From Eledone cirrhosa (taxonomy: Eukaryota): a DNA stretch of 64,000 nt. Positions 40,340-53,175 of this stretch are shown in pieces. Each line of letters begins with the position of its first letter. Positions within the stretch are counted from its first letter, which is position 1. The stretch spans positions 214,272,001-214,336,000 of the forward strand of contig OZ024742.1 in the NCBI GenBank assembly GCA_964016885.1, given 5' to 3'. Made by a program: the position numbers and the translations under genes. A model generated the notes under the pieces. It made no database searches. It was not told where the DNA came from and saw only the letters and a program-made list of their open reading frames with translations.

Positions 40340-43300
40340 ACGGTTTCGTTGCCCTGCGCGCATCTCGGACATGCCCGGCTGACGAGACCTCCATGCCTGT
40401 AGAGTTTATCCCGAACTTGCAAGGCTCCTCGGTAGCACTGCCAGGCCATATATTTCTGGAAGTTGTCCATAGGCCCCGGGCCGAAAGTTCTTCCGAAGAG
40501 ATTGGCTAGTTGATTTTCGTCGATGCCTAGAGTTTCCCCAAGTACGCCGTCGCTCTTCCCATCCACTAATCCTCTATAGAACGCCGAGGTGGAGTTTCCA
40601 CCGATCACATTGCCCGATTGGTCGAGGGCTGTGAGCGCCTGAAGACATTCCAGTCTCCAGGCGCTCCCTCTCGGTCTTCTCTTGACCCAGGACTGCAGCT
40701 CCGTCAAGGAAACGAGCTGGGGAAATACGTGTCTAGCAAACGCCGACCACACCTGATCACCGTCGAGGAAGAGGTGGAGATGTCGTAGCCTGAGCGCGTG
40801 CCTGCGTATCATCAGCCACGGCATGCCCAGCCCTCCACGTAGCGGGTGTTGACAACAGATGGACCGCCTGACCATCGGAGCGCGTCCCTTCGACAAAAAG
40901 CGAAAGAGCAAACGCTCCAGCGCAGTCAGGCGAGGCTTAGGACAAGGTACGACGGTCAGGCGGTAGCAGATGACAGACGCGATGTACGCGTTAGCTACCT
41001 CCGCTCGACCTTTCAGGGATAGCTTCCTGTCCGCCATTTCTGGCTGAGAGAAACCACCCTGCTCGTCACCTCGTCCCAGTTTTTGTCCGATTGGAGGTCC
41101 GGACCGAACCAGACCCCTAGCAATTTAACCGGTCCGTCCGACGACGCTGTTGGACGGCATGGGCCTGCCTCTCCAGGTGCCGAGCTGCAGGCCCACTGAC
41201 TTTTCGTGGTTGATCATTGCCCCTGTCACCGCTTCGTATTCTCTTAGTGTAATACCGATCGCCTCGATGTGTTTGGCGTTGGACACCACTACGGTGACAT
41301 CGTCCGCATATGCTGACACGGATCTTTCACATCCTAGTTCGCGCAGGACGCCCCTCAACGTCTCCAGTTTGTGCAGTAATGGCTCGAGATTCAATACGTA
41401 CAAGAGGGACGAGATGGGACATCCTTGGCGGACCGAGCGCATGATGTTCAATGGTTCCGAAAGGTGACCGTTCACCATCACCACAGAGCAGATGTCGCTG
41501 TGCATTACAGCGATCCAGCCTCTGAAGACAGGCCCAAAGCCAGCCGCCCTCAGGACTGCCGCTAGGTAACGATGGTCGACCCTATCGAAAGCTTTCGACT
41601 GATCTAAATTGATCAAGGACCCACCCGTGCCAGGTTCCCTAGCTACCCTCTCTACGATGTATCGCATGAGGTGGAGGTTGTCGTGGATGGATCTGTCGGG
41701 AATTGCGCATGTCTGCGCCTCTCCCACCAGACCACCAACGACAAGCGCCAACCTCTTTGCTAGCACCTTGGCCAAAATCTTGAACTCTGTGTTTAGCAGA
41801 GTTATGGGCCTAAAATGATCTATGTTATCCCCCTTGTTCGGATCCTTTCTCAGCAGCGCCAACGCCCCTCGGCTCACAGAGCTCACAGAGCTGGGAATTC
41901 TGGCGTTCTGTTGCCAGTTGCAGTAGACGTCCGCCAAGAGTCCTCCGAACAAGTCTGGCATCTGTATGTAAAGTTCATAGGGCAGACCATCCAAACCAGG
42001 CGATTTAGCCCTTGTGCAGCCAGTCATTGCCTCCCTTACTTCAGCGGCTGTTATTGGCTTTTCGCAACACTCCGCCTCAGTGGCCGAGAGCCGCGGCAGT
42101 CCGTCGACACTAAAGTCCATCCCTCGACCCGGCCCACCGCCGCCCCCGAACAGCTGAGTGAAGTGTCGCTGAAAAGCTTCACATATTTGCCCAGGATCGA
42201 GTAGCATGCGCTCGTCGTGGTCCACCAAAGACCGGATCGTTGCTTTGTTGCCAAGTCGCGCCTCCGCCACTCGGGCCCATTGAACGGCTTTCGTCCCCTC
42301 GTGTCTGAGAGCACGCACCCTAGCTCTGACAACGCAGCCTTCGAGCTTTGCATCGAAGAATTGGTCAAGGGCCAATTTCGCCGCAAGCACGTCGGTTGCA
42401 ATGCCTTTGCTAAGCGCCTCGTCTAATTTTCTAACTAGTTCTCCCTCTGCTCTATTTTTCTCTATTGCTAAAGCCTTACTAAACCTAATGGATTCTATTC
42501 TAATCGCTCTTTTCAGGGCAAACCACCACTTGTTGTTGACGATGGCCCCCGTCAACGCCCGCTTAACTAGTTCGCTAATCCGGTCTCTGTAGGCCTTGCG
42601 CGCTGGTAAGGACGCATTTAGCTTCCAGTAGCCGGGTCCTCGTCTATGAAGCCTATCTAAGTCAAGCACACAGATCACGAATTTGTGGTCCGTGTAGCTG
42701 ACTATCTTGAATTGTGGACAGCCTATGCTAGACCTATCTATTTCGCTACAAAATACTCTATCTAGATATGATCTGGATGACACTATGCGATTTGTCCAAG
42801 TCCACATTGGCACATTCGGGAAATCCAATCGGTACCTTTCAGACAGTTCAAAACGCCTGAGCAGGTTGGTGAGGCTCTTGCACCCTCCGCCCCTATCCGC
42901 TAATCCCACACAGTCCCAGCGTCCATCTAAGATCCCCTTCCAGTCGCCCACTAACACTAAAGAGCGGGACGTTCCAAGAAAGGTCTCCAGACGCCGGAAG
43001 AAATCAGGCCGCCCTGCTCCTGTCGGGGCATAGACGGCCACTAGACTGAAAGCTTGCCCGTCTCCGCTGGTCACGTCCAGCACCACCAACTTACCCTCTG
43101 GGTCCAGGAAGATGGCCCGTATGGCGAGTTCCAAACCTCTCCGAAAAAGCAGATTAACTCCTTCCCCCGATCCAGGACGGCTGGGTGATGCGTACAGACC
43201 GTAGCCGCCGAAGATCGGTGCGAAGACCGTGCTTAGGAGATTCTGGTCTCGCTGATGGTCACTAAATCTGTTTAGTGACCAGAGGTCGTTGAGCAGGTGG

Positions 43301-43747
43301 CCATGCTTCCATGCCGACGCCAAACCACGCGTATTTATGCTGCCTATTCTGAGTGAGGTCATGTTGCAATGGATTGAAAAAGATGGGAAAGACCACTTAC
43401 CTTACTTCTCGTAGAGGAAGGATGGTTTGTCCATCCTTTTCACTGCTTGTGGCCTCCTCTGGAAGGATGTCCTTATAAATCCTCATGGAGAGTGTTTGTC
43501 GGAAGTCTCCGATGTCATTGGGGAATTTTTGTTTTAGTGTCGTGTACGTTTTCTGTGTGATGCGAGTGATTTGTATGTGGGGAGGTGGTGTGAACTTTTG
43601 GGTTGTTGTGTAGTCTTCACCACAAACGACACACCTAGGCCTTCTTCCCTCGACGATTACGGTGAGGTGGCTGCCGTCAGTGAGGTCTATCTCCTCAATG
43701 CTTTTATGGTCCGCCTAGATCAGGAGCTCCATCCCAGATCCAGACCG
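40340..43747 (-). mobile_element. Tx1 copy truncated at both ends with ORF1 internal deletions, inserted in the Dong-B 3' end
   Basis: 745-aa APE-RT frame 41125-43362 plus 40324-41037; flanked by a 21-bp duplication TAAAGCAAGATAAATGCAACT. Confidence 0.93.
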
Positions 43748-43784
43748 TAAAGCAAGATAAATGCAACTGTAATAATAATAATAA

Positions 43785-43963
43785 TTGTTTCTACTTTAGG
43801 CACAAGGTCAGCAATTACCCAGTGCATTACTGGTACTTTATGTTATCGACCCCGTGAGGATGAAATGCAAAGTCAACTTCGGCGTGATTTGAACTCAGAT
43901 CGTAAAGGGACGTAACTATGCTGGAAAGCATGGCGTCCGACCCTCTACCGATACTGCCATCCA
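43785..43963 (-). mobile_element. SINE S1 flanked on both sides by (AAT)n
   Basis: Reverse complement of S1; AAT runs at about 43770-43785 and 43963-43992. Confidence 0.9.
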
Positions 43964-44570
43964 TAATAATAATAATAATAATAATAATAATATAGGCACA
44001 AGGTGGATAGATTGTTATGGAATCATTCCGTAATTTTTTGATTTTTTATATATTTAAAACAATTGTGATAGAATAATTCTTATTACAAATGGAACATAAG
44101 ATATCAGTCTTACTCTCAGGAAGTGGCAACGCATCACATTATGGCATAGGGCTCCAATATTTAATATTTAATTTTGTATCAGAAATGTTATAGTCAGAAA
44201 AGGAAATGGCTAAAAAACAACAGACAAATAACTTCACCACCGCCGCCACCACCATCACCACTACCACAAAAATCTAGCCAAATACAAATACAAACCAGCA
44301 CCATCCCTATAGTACTGCTATCCCATCAGCACCGCCACCACTGCATCATCGCTACCACCACTATTCCCACACTACTTAAGAGAGGGGTTGGTAGTAGTGC
44401 CACTACACATGAAAAGAAGCGAGGAAGGTATCAAAAGATATAAATTAACTGAGTTAGTGACCCGGTCAAACAGCTAACAACAACACCAAAATAATTATTG
44501 TTGTTATATCTCTAAACTCTCTCAAAATGTTTAGTTTAAACGATGTCAAATCTAAACTGTAATATAATAA

Positions 44571-44866
44571 TTGTTTCTACTTTAGGCACAAGGCCAGCAA
44601 TTACCCAGTGCATTACTGGTACTTTATTTTTTTATCGACCCCGTAAGGATGAAAGGCAAAGTCAACCTCGGCGGGATTTGAACTCAGATCGTAAAGGGAC
44701 GCAACTATGCTGGAAAGCATGGCGTCCGACCCTCTACCGATACTGCCAATCCACCGCCTTTAATATAATAATAATGATTATTTCTGCTTTTGGTACGAGG
44801 CCATCAATTGTCCCGGTGTGTTACTGGTGCTTTGTTTTGTCGGCCACGTAAGGATGAAAGGCAAAA
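44571..44866 (-). mobile_element. SINE S1 full copy (44571-44758) plus a diverged 3' fragment (about 44779-44866)
   Basis: Reverse complement of S1. Confidence 0.88.
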
Positions 44867-45139
44867 AATAATAATGATAAGCAACATGTCTAAACATTAT
44901 AGAACAGAACACAGACAGAAGCAAACGCAACAACAAACACAAATTTCAAAAGTTTTGAACACAACAACCCCTATTTCCAATAGCAGCAGCAGCAACAACA
45001 ACACTAGTAACCGATGTTACTGGCCTTGAAAAATGAAAAACGCAAAAGAAACAAAACAAACTAAGTCAGACATTTAAACATTACAATGAAACTTATGTTT
45101 ACTTTTTAAAGTTTTAATCTATTTATTTGTTTATTTATT

Positions 45140-48070
45140 TATGTTCGTCTACAGCGTGGTGGTGCCAAGCTAAAATCACCGGGGGTGATGAAATCAGCTG
45201 TGGTTATGTAACCATACATTCACCAATCCTCGATATGAGTGTTTAAATGTCGAACCTAAACAGTTCGAATAACGGTGAAGACGAGACTGGAAAGTCATGA
45301 CAGACTCTCACCCAGCAAGTGCTCCCTGGCCCAGCAGCAGGGACCTGGCTGTCATCCAAATACTGTTTGTGTTGGAGGAAGAAGAAGAAGGAAAGGGACA
45401 AGAACCAACTGGACGAAAGCATTGAATATAACTGTTATGCAATGTTACCTCCAGTGTAACCCCAAGGAAAAAGGCTATAGGAAACGGATGCATAACATCT
45501 GGAACGAGATTGGTCTATTTAAATTAAATGAACAAAAATTGGCCGGGCAGGTCCGGGTGATAAGAATTCATGGATGGATAAGCGAGTTGGAACTGGAGGA
45601 AATGAGAAGAGAGATTAGGTTGGAAATGGAGAGTAGAGTATGCCAGGCAAACGAGCCAGTGGGAAATGAAGGTGAAAACGTTGAGAGACCTGAGGAAGCA
45701 TCCGAAGCAGACAATGATCTGAATGCTGACATAAATAACATCTGGAATAAAGATGCGGCCATTGAGGAAATAAATGTTGACGGGCTAGGACAAGATTTGG
45801 TTGATATCCTGAACTTAGTGGTAGATGAAATGAACAATGATAGTGGGAAACCTATGAACCTAAGATTTGTAGACACAAAAAAGTTAAAAGAAACAACAGC
45901 TAGGTAAACAAATCATCCCATACCTTGAGGCGAGGAACTTTCACCAATGCAACGATATCCTCAAAGCAACAGCAAATGCGGTGAGGAAATTACTTGGCAT
46001 AAAAGCGAGAGAAAACAACAAACAAGAAAGATCAGAACCTTGGTGGAAGAAACGACTGAATGGTCAAATCAGGGAAATGAGGAATGACATTGGAAAGCTT
46101 GAGTCCCTACTGAATGGGACACTACAAAACATAGGCACTAAAATTAGACTGGAAATAAAGTACAAAACTAGGAGGAAAATGCTAAATATTATCATAGAGG
46201 AGCTGAAGAGGCAACGACTTGATCCCTGAGGCGGAACAAACTAAGACATTCTGGAGAGGAATATTGGAGCAGGATGTTGAACATAATGATCAGGCAGTGT
46301 GGATTGAGACAGTACAAAAGGAGATTAGTGAACAGGCACACCAACAAACTGATTTGAGTATCACAGTCGAAACTCTTAAGGAGCAGGCCAGAAAACTAAC
46401 CAACTGGAAATCAAAAGGGCCCAGATGGTGTGCAGGGGTATTGGATTAAAAATATAACATCCCTCCACCGAAACTGACAACCATGTTCAATGACTGCTTG
46501 ATGTCAGGTGAGGTACCAGAGTGGTTGACAAAAGGTACCACAGTTCTGGTAATGAAAGACCGAACCAAGGGCAATGATGTTACCAACTATAGACCTATCA
46601 CATCTCTGTCCGTAATGTGGAAACTGTTAACAAACATTGTGTCTGAGGAAATCTACCATCACCTCCAACTTGTTACCGAACGAAGAGAAAGGATGCCAAA
46701 AGAAGTCCCGTGGTACAAAAGACCAGTTACTTATTGATAAGATGGTAATGAGGAATTGCAGGAGGAGACACACTGGTCTTGCCATGGGATAGATAGACTA
46801 CAAAAAGGCATTCGACAAGGTACCTCTTTCTTGGATAACCAAAAGCCTAGAGATCTTCAGGTTGGTAGATAACATCAGACAGTTGTTGAGCAAAAGTATG
46901 AAGTCCTGGAAAACAGAGTTAACACCAGGCGGAGAATCCTTGGGAGGCGTGAGGATCAAGAGAGGTATCTTCCAGGGCGATAGTTTTTCCCCTCTGTTGT
47001 TTGTCCTTGCCCTGATCCACCTGACCATTGTACTGCGAAAAGTGAGAGCAGGATACATGTTGGGAAAGGGAGAGCTTACCATGAATCACCTCCTATTCAT
47101 GGACGATCTTAAGCTCTTCAGGAAGAGTGAGAAGGAGTTGGATGTGCTTGTTGACACTGTCCGTATTTTCAGCAAAGATATATGTATGCAAATTGGGATT
47201 AGTAAGAGTGGAGTCCTTGTGATGAAGGGGCAAATTGAGCAGAAGCAACGGAATCCAGATACCAACATGTGAGAAGATAAAGGAAATTGATACTGAAGAG
47301 GGATACACGTATTTAGGTGTTCTGGAGGCTGATGACATCAAGAACAAAAATGAATGCTAATGGCTGCGCAAGAGCAGGCCCTCAAAACGAAGTGGGTGAA
47401 ACACCATATTTACAAGGTAGGAGGCTAGCCCACTGTGTAGGATCTGTGGAGAGAGAGAAGAGACTGTGGCTTACATTGTATCCGAGTGTCAACACCTAGC
47501 CCAGACTCACTATAAAGGCTGGAGACATGATGTGATAGGCAGGGTGATCCACTAGCACCTATGCAAAGTAAACAATTTACCACATTCTGAGAAGTGGTAT
47601 GAGCATAAGCCAGATTTGCTGATAGAAAAGGATCGGTTGAAGGTTCTATAGGATTTTAGGATACAGACGGATAAGAAATTAGAACTCAAAAGGCCTGACT
47701 TGGTGGTTTTGGACATGCCTGATTGTAGATGTAGCCCGCCCATTTGACACGAGAGTGCAAGAAAAGGAGAGGGAGAAAATTAACCGATACCAGGACTTAA
47801 AGTGGGAGGTAAAAATGATTTGGAACTGCCATTAAGTTAAGGTCGTCCCGATTGTCATAGGCGCACTAGGTACTATCTCAAAGAGTTTCCAAGGATGGTT
47901 AAAGAAGGTTAGTCCAGCCCCGCTTTTTGGAACACTTCAAAAGGCATGCTTGCTGGGAACAGCAAGAACCCTCCGATACATCCTGAATATCTGAGGCTGC
48001 AGGTAGCGGCTTGATATTCATTTCAACAAACTTTCCAGTTAAATAACATCAAACACTGAGACTCAATAAA
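45140..48070 (+). mobile_element. R4/Dong-like family A, long copy with internal deletions
   Basis: N-terminal W..CY..GYRKRM..W..EQKLAGQ domain, NYRPIT, KRGIFQGDSFSP, HLLFMDDLKL and RLE remnants; 3' UTR matches 3056-3120; (AAT)n tail. Confidence 0.9.
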
Positions 48071-48097
48071 CAATAATAATAATAATATTAATATGGG

Positions 48098-48357
48098 TTT
48101 CTTTATTTACCACACAGCAGGGATATTAAGCATACAATAAAGACAAATTTGTGTAAAAATTGTTTGTAACAGAAACTAAATAAATAAACATTTAATAAAA
48201 CAAACACCAAATAAAACAAATTGCACAAACGGTGGTGGGGATTCGAGAGTCACCCGTGGAGAAAGCGCAAAAAAAGCCACGGTTGCCCTGACCACTAGAG
48301 TAAGAGCGCTCTCCTTGTTGTCCTCCTTCGATTGACTGGAGCATATTCAGAGTAAGG
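48098..48357 (-). mobile_element. 3' UTR fragment of a divergent Tx1-family element
   Basis: Minus strand reads CTCTGAATATG..GTGGTCAGGG..GTGGC..GCTTTCTCCAC..TGTGGTAAATAAAGAAA, colinear with the Tx1 3' UTRs. Confidence 0.7.
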
Positions 48358-49466
48358 AATAATAAGTCATAAATACTTGAAATAAAAAAGACTTTAAATC
48401 TCAGACTCACGTGGCGGAGAGCTTATCACTTCTTTTCTGTGCTTGCGTCCACATAAATTAGTAATAATGTATTAGAAGGGCCACGGTTGAAATATATTGC
48501 CTTGTCGAAACTCCAAGTATAACATAACACCGGCAAATTGCATGTTATTGTAGATGTTGAACTACACACAAATGAAATCTTTCGTTTGCAGTTGAAACTT
48601 TGCATTCTGATGATGGAATATTTTGACATCATAAATAAATGTGAAAAGTTCTTACACTATACATAAACATAAAAGTCACAAGATATACATGGCATGATTG
48701 ATGTCGTAAAGTACTTGTTGACTTCTTTCCACTAGCAAAACCTTATATTAGATTTGTATTATCATTATTCATATTTTCAGGAAATGCATTTGTTTATTAT
48801 TTATCTCTGCGGTACCACTCTCTTTTTCATATTCTCGAACTGTTAGATTTTTAATGCTTCATGCATCTTAGGTGAACATTTCTATCAATAAAACTAAAAC
48901 TGTTAATATAGTAGACAATTCACTTTCCCACTGAAAGGGGAGCGCAATGAAGGAGCTGGAAGCAAAACATTACCCGACTAGTCACTCTATGTTAGTCATT
49001 CTGATAAATCACCGTTCTGATATGAAAGTGGACGATTCGTATTTGCATTTCAATCAATATTGATCGATAATGTAAGTAACTGTAATACGGTGATACTTAT
49101 TCAAACTCCGATGAACATCTATTACAATAATTGATTTTGTGCTTAGTCAAATGAAACCCCACTTTTTGGGAAACTGGTCCGGGCATCACATGATATGAGT
49201 TTTGTTGATTCTGAAGAGAAGTTATAATCTCTAATCAAAATGGCTTTGTTCTTTCTTACATTGCTAAATCATTCGAGAGAGATATTGTTCTTTACTTCAG
49301 ATGATTGATTTTGTTTTTTCCAAATATCTTCTTATTGCTAAATAACCTATATGGTTCTTGTAATTATTTCGTCGCTGATCAACTCTGATCAGAGGTATTT
49401 AAACTATGACTCTTCCATGGTTTTTCAAGTAGTGTCAACTCTAAAACATACAATGAAAGAAGCAGG

Positions 49467-49527
<61 letters not shown>

Positions 49528-49534
49528 GTTATTA

Positions 49535-49680
49535 CTCTTTGAGTCCCAGTCATTGATGTTAGTTAACTGGAAAGTTTGTTGAAATGAATATCAAGCCACT
49601 ACTTGCAGCCTCAGATATTCAGGAGGTATCGGAGGGTTCTTGGTGTTCCCAGCAAGTATGCCTTTTGAAGCGTTCCAAAA
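49535..49680 (-). mobile_element. Dong-like family A 3' end
   Basis: Matches 3060-3200; (ATT)n at 49469-49534 is the tail. Confidence 0.88.
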
Positions 49681-51121
49681 GCTGGACGGACGGACCGGTT
49701 AAATTGCTAGGGGTCTGGTTCGGTCCGGACCTCCAGACGGACAAAAACTGGGACGAGGTGACGAGCAGGGTGGCTTCTCTCACCCAGAAATGGGCGGAGA
49801 GGAAGCTATCCCTGAAAGGTCGAGCGGAGGTGGCTAACGCGTACATCGCGTCTGTCATCTGCTACCGCCTGACCGTCGTACCTTGTCCTAAGCCTCGCCT
49901 GACTGCGCTGGAGCGTTTGCTCTTTCGCTTTTTGTGGAAGGGACGCGCTCCGATGGTGAGGCGGTCCATCTGCTGTCAACACCCGCTACGTGGAGGGCTG
50001 GGTGGGCATGCCGTGGCTGATGATGCGCAGACACACGCTCAGGCTACGACATCTCCACCTCTTCCTCGACGGTGATCATGTGTGGTCGCCGTTTGCTAGA
50101 CACGTCTTTCCCCAGCTCGTCTCCTTGACGGATCTGCAGTCATGGGTCAAGCGAAGACCGAGAGGGAGCGCTCTGAGACTGGAATGTCTTCAGCCGCTCA
50201 CAGCCCTCGACCAATCGGGCAATGTGATCGGTGGAAACTCCACCTTGGCGTTCGATAGAGAATTAGTGGAGGGGAAGAGCGACGACGTACTTAGAGAAAC
50301 TCTAGGGGTCGACGAAAATCAACTAGCCAATCTCTTCGAAAGGACTTTCGGGCCGGGGCCTATGGACAACTTCCAGAAATCCCTGGCCTGGCAGTGCTAC
50401 CAAGGAGCTTTGCCAGTTCGAGATAAACTCTACAAGCATGGAGGTGCTGTCAGCCGGGCATGTCCGAGATGCGCGCAGGGCGACGAAACCGTCCTTCACG
50501 CACTCGTCCAGTGTCCGAGCATTGCTGACTTGTGGGTTTATGTCGAACACCTGCTGTCACGTGTAGGACGGATCCAGCTATCAGCTGAGTCCATTGTGAG
50601 GATTTCCCCGCCCTCTCCCTTTAGCCTGGAAGGGCAGGCACTTTTTATCTGTCTGGTGGCCATGGCGAAAGAGATAGTATGGTGGACACGTTTGAAAGGG
50701 CTGAAGACGAGCACTTACCTCTTCGGTGATGCCCTGATTAACTTTTTCAAATTTCATTTGAAAAGGAAAATCAGGGTAGAGAGGGAAGTGCTCTATTTCC
50801 AGCATTTTGTTGAAGATGGTTGAGAGAAGCAAGTATGGCCCGAGTGGATGGGCTGACTCTGAGTATGTGTCTGTAAATTAAAGGTGGAAAACTGGCAGAG
50901 GGGCACTTGCCCTGGTGGTCAGGGTCACTGTGGCTTTTTAATGAGCTTTCTCCACAAATGTCCATCGGAAGTCTCCCTCCTATTGGGGAATTTTTCATTG
51001 TTATTTTTTTATTACATCCTCTGTTTTTTTTACACGCAGAAATGCCCATTTGTACCGTACTGTATTGTCCTGTACTGTCTTTAATGTATATTTATATAAA
51101 CCCTTGTGGTTAATAAAGAAA
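49681..51121 (+). mobile_element. Tx1 copy, 5'-truncated, intact 3' end followed by (ATT)n
   Basis: Colinear with 8146-9511 and retains segments deleted there. Confidence 0.93.
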
Positions 51122-51127
51122 GTATTA

Positions 51128-51184
<57 letters not shown>

Positions 51185-51186
<2 letters not shown>

Positions 51187-51954
51187 GTTGCATTTATCTT
51201 GCTTTATATTCATACGAGTTATCACCATGTCACAACCAGTGACCCCAAGAGACAACAAGGTCCGCCATGTTCAAGAAAGAACATACATACTCACACATGC
51301 ATCTTTACTGTTTAGACTTGTGATGTACTTATATTGACAGAATCTTCCTTAGTATATGGGCAGTTCCCATTAGTACTATCTTTTGTATTTCTCCTATACG
51401 CGGGTTTCCTGGGATTTGCGATAAGTAATCATTAGACCCCTTTGGTATCATTCCCAGAGCGCCTACAACCACTGGTATTGTTTTAGTTCTCAATTTCCAC
51501 ATTTTTCCAATTTCTATCTCCAGGTCCTTATACTTGCACAATTTTTCAAATGTTTTTATATATACATTCTTGTCTATTGGAACGGACATATCAATTAGCA
51601 GGCATACCCTCTTTTTAAAGTCCTTCAATATTATATCAGGTCTATTTGCATCTATTTTTCGGTCTGTTTGGATGCTAAAGTTCCACAAGATTGAGATGTG
51701 ATCTTTTTCAAGTATTGGAGGTGGTTGATGCTCCAACCAATTCTTTTGATGGGGCAGGTCAAAATGCTTACACATTATCCAATGTATGTATTGTGCAGAT
51801 CTGTCATGCCTGTTTAGGTATTCGGTTGGAGCTATAGGACTGCACATTGAAATTATATGGTCAATGGTCTCTGGTTGTTTTTTGCATACACGGCATAATG
51901 GGCTGCATCCATTTTTTATTATGTTGGCTTGGTAATTTTTTGTTAGCAGACACT
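51185..51954 (-). mobile_element. Dong-like family B, 5'-truncated
   Basis: 172-aa RLE ORF nearly identical to the 39664-40182 segment; (TAA)n on both sides. Confidence 0.93.
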
Positions 51955-51974
51955 TATTATTATTATTATTATTA

Positions 51975-52156
51975 GTGGATTGGCAGTATCGGTAGAGGGT
52001 CGGACGCCATGCTTTCCAGCATAGTTACGTCCCTTTACGATCTGAGTTCAAATCTCGCCGAGGTTGACTTTGCCTTTCATCCTTACGGGGTCGATAAAAT
52101 AAAGTACCAGTAATGCACTGGGTAATTGCTGGCCTTGTGCCTAAAAGTAGAAACAA
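51975..52156 (+). mobile_element. SINE S1 within (ATT)n
   Basis: Near-consensus copy with ATT runs on both sides. Confidence 0.92.
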
Positions 52157-52531
52157 TTATTATTATTATTATTATTATTATCTGTTTTCAGAACTTTGTT
52201 CACTATATAAAACTTCACATGAGACTTAACATGACCTTACGGCATGGAGAACGACTGCCTCATCTCTCAGGCAGAAGGTTCGAAGCATATGTGTTGTCCC
52301 CAAAAAGCACGGATTTCTGAAGAGTACTTACATCGTACTCTATGTTGAATTTTGTCTTGTAGCTGTGGAAAGTTGGGATTTATGCGGATCTCTTTATTCC
52401 ACATACTATTTCCATCCTACAGTCAGAGTAATTTTCTAACTTCTGATTTCTCTCTTCCGCTAGATCGATATAAACAGGACAGTCTACATCTATTATGAAA
52501 CCCTTATTTGCCGTTTTCTCCCTCCCTATAA

Positions 52532-52712
52532 TTGTTTCTCCTTTTGGCACAAGGCCAGCAATTAACCAGTACGTTACTAGTACTTTATTTTATCGACCCC
52601 GTGAGGATAAAAGGCAAAATTAACCTCAGCGGGATTTGAACTCAGAATGGGAAGGGGCGTAACTCTATGCGTCAAAGCATGGCGCCCAGCCCTCTACCGA
52701 TACTGCCAATCT
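52532..52712 (-). mobile_element. SINE S1
   Basis: Reverse complement of S1. Confidence 0.88.
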
Positions 52713-53175
52713 ATAACTATAATGTCAGGTCGTCTGTTATCTCACAATATATTTTATGTTTATATATATACTTAAAAAACATTTCACATTAAACGGGTAA
52801 GATATTCTATTATTAAAAAAAAAATCATAAACAAATCTATTTCACATAATAACACTACAGCTATTTAAAAACGGAAAATGAAGGCAAGGGCAAGGGTTCT
52901 GTGGTTACAGATGAATGGGAGGAAGAGGAGGGTGATGAGATCTAGGCCAAGGGCAAGGGCTCTTGACGGTGTTGGAGCTGCGCCCCTCGGGAAAGACCGC
53001 AAAAGCATTTCCGTGGACAATGGCCAGCAACACCGGCTGCGACAACCGCCCCACCCCGCAGGGCTCCTTTCCCCGCAGGGCTGTCGACGGTAGTCAATCA
53101 TACCATCATGAGCTTGTAAAGTATCAATTTTGGGCAGCTGATATTTCATTATTTCTTCTTCTTCTTCTTCTGACA

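Noticed and set aside
49584-50075. 163-aa ORF spanning the Dong/Tx1 junction
   Set aside because: Antisense Dong sequence fused by chance to a Tx1 fragment; no sign of function.
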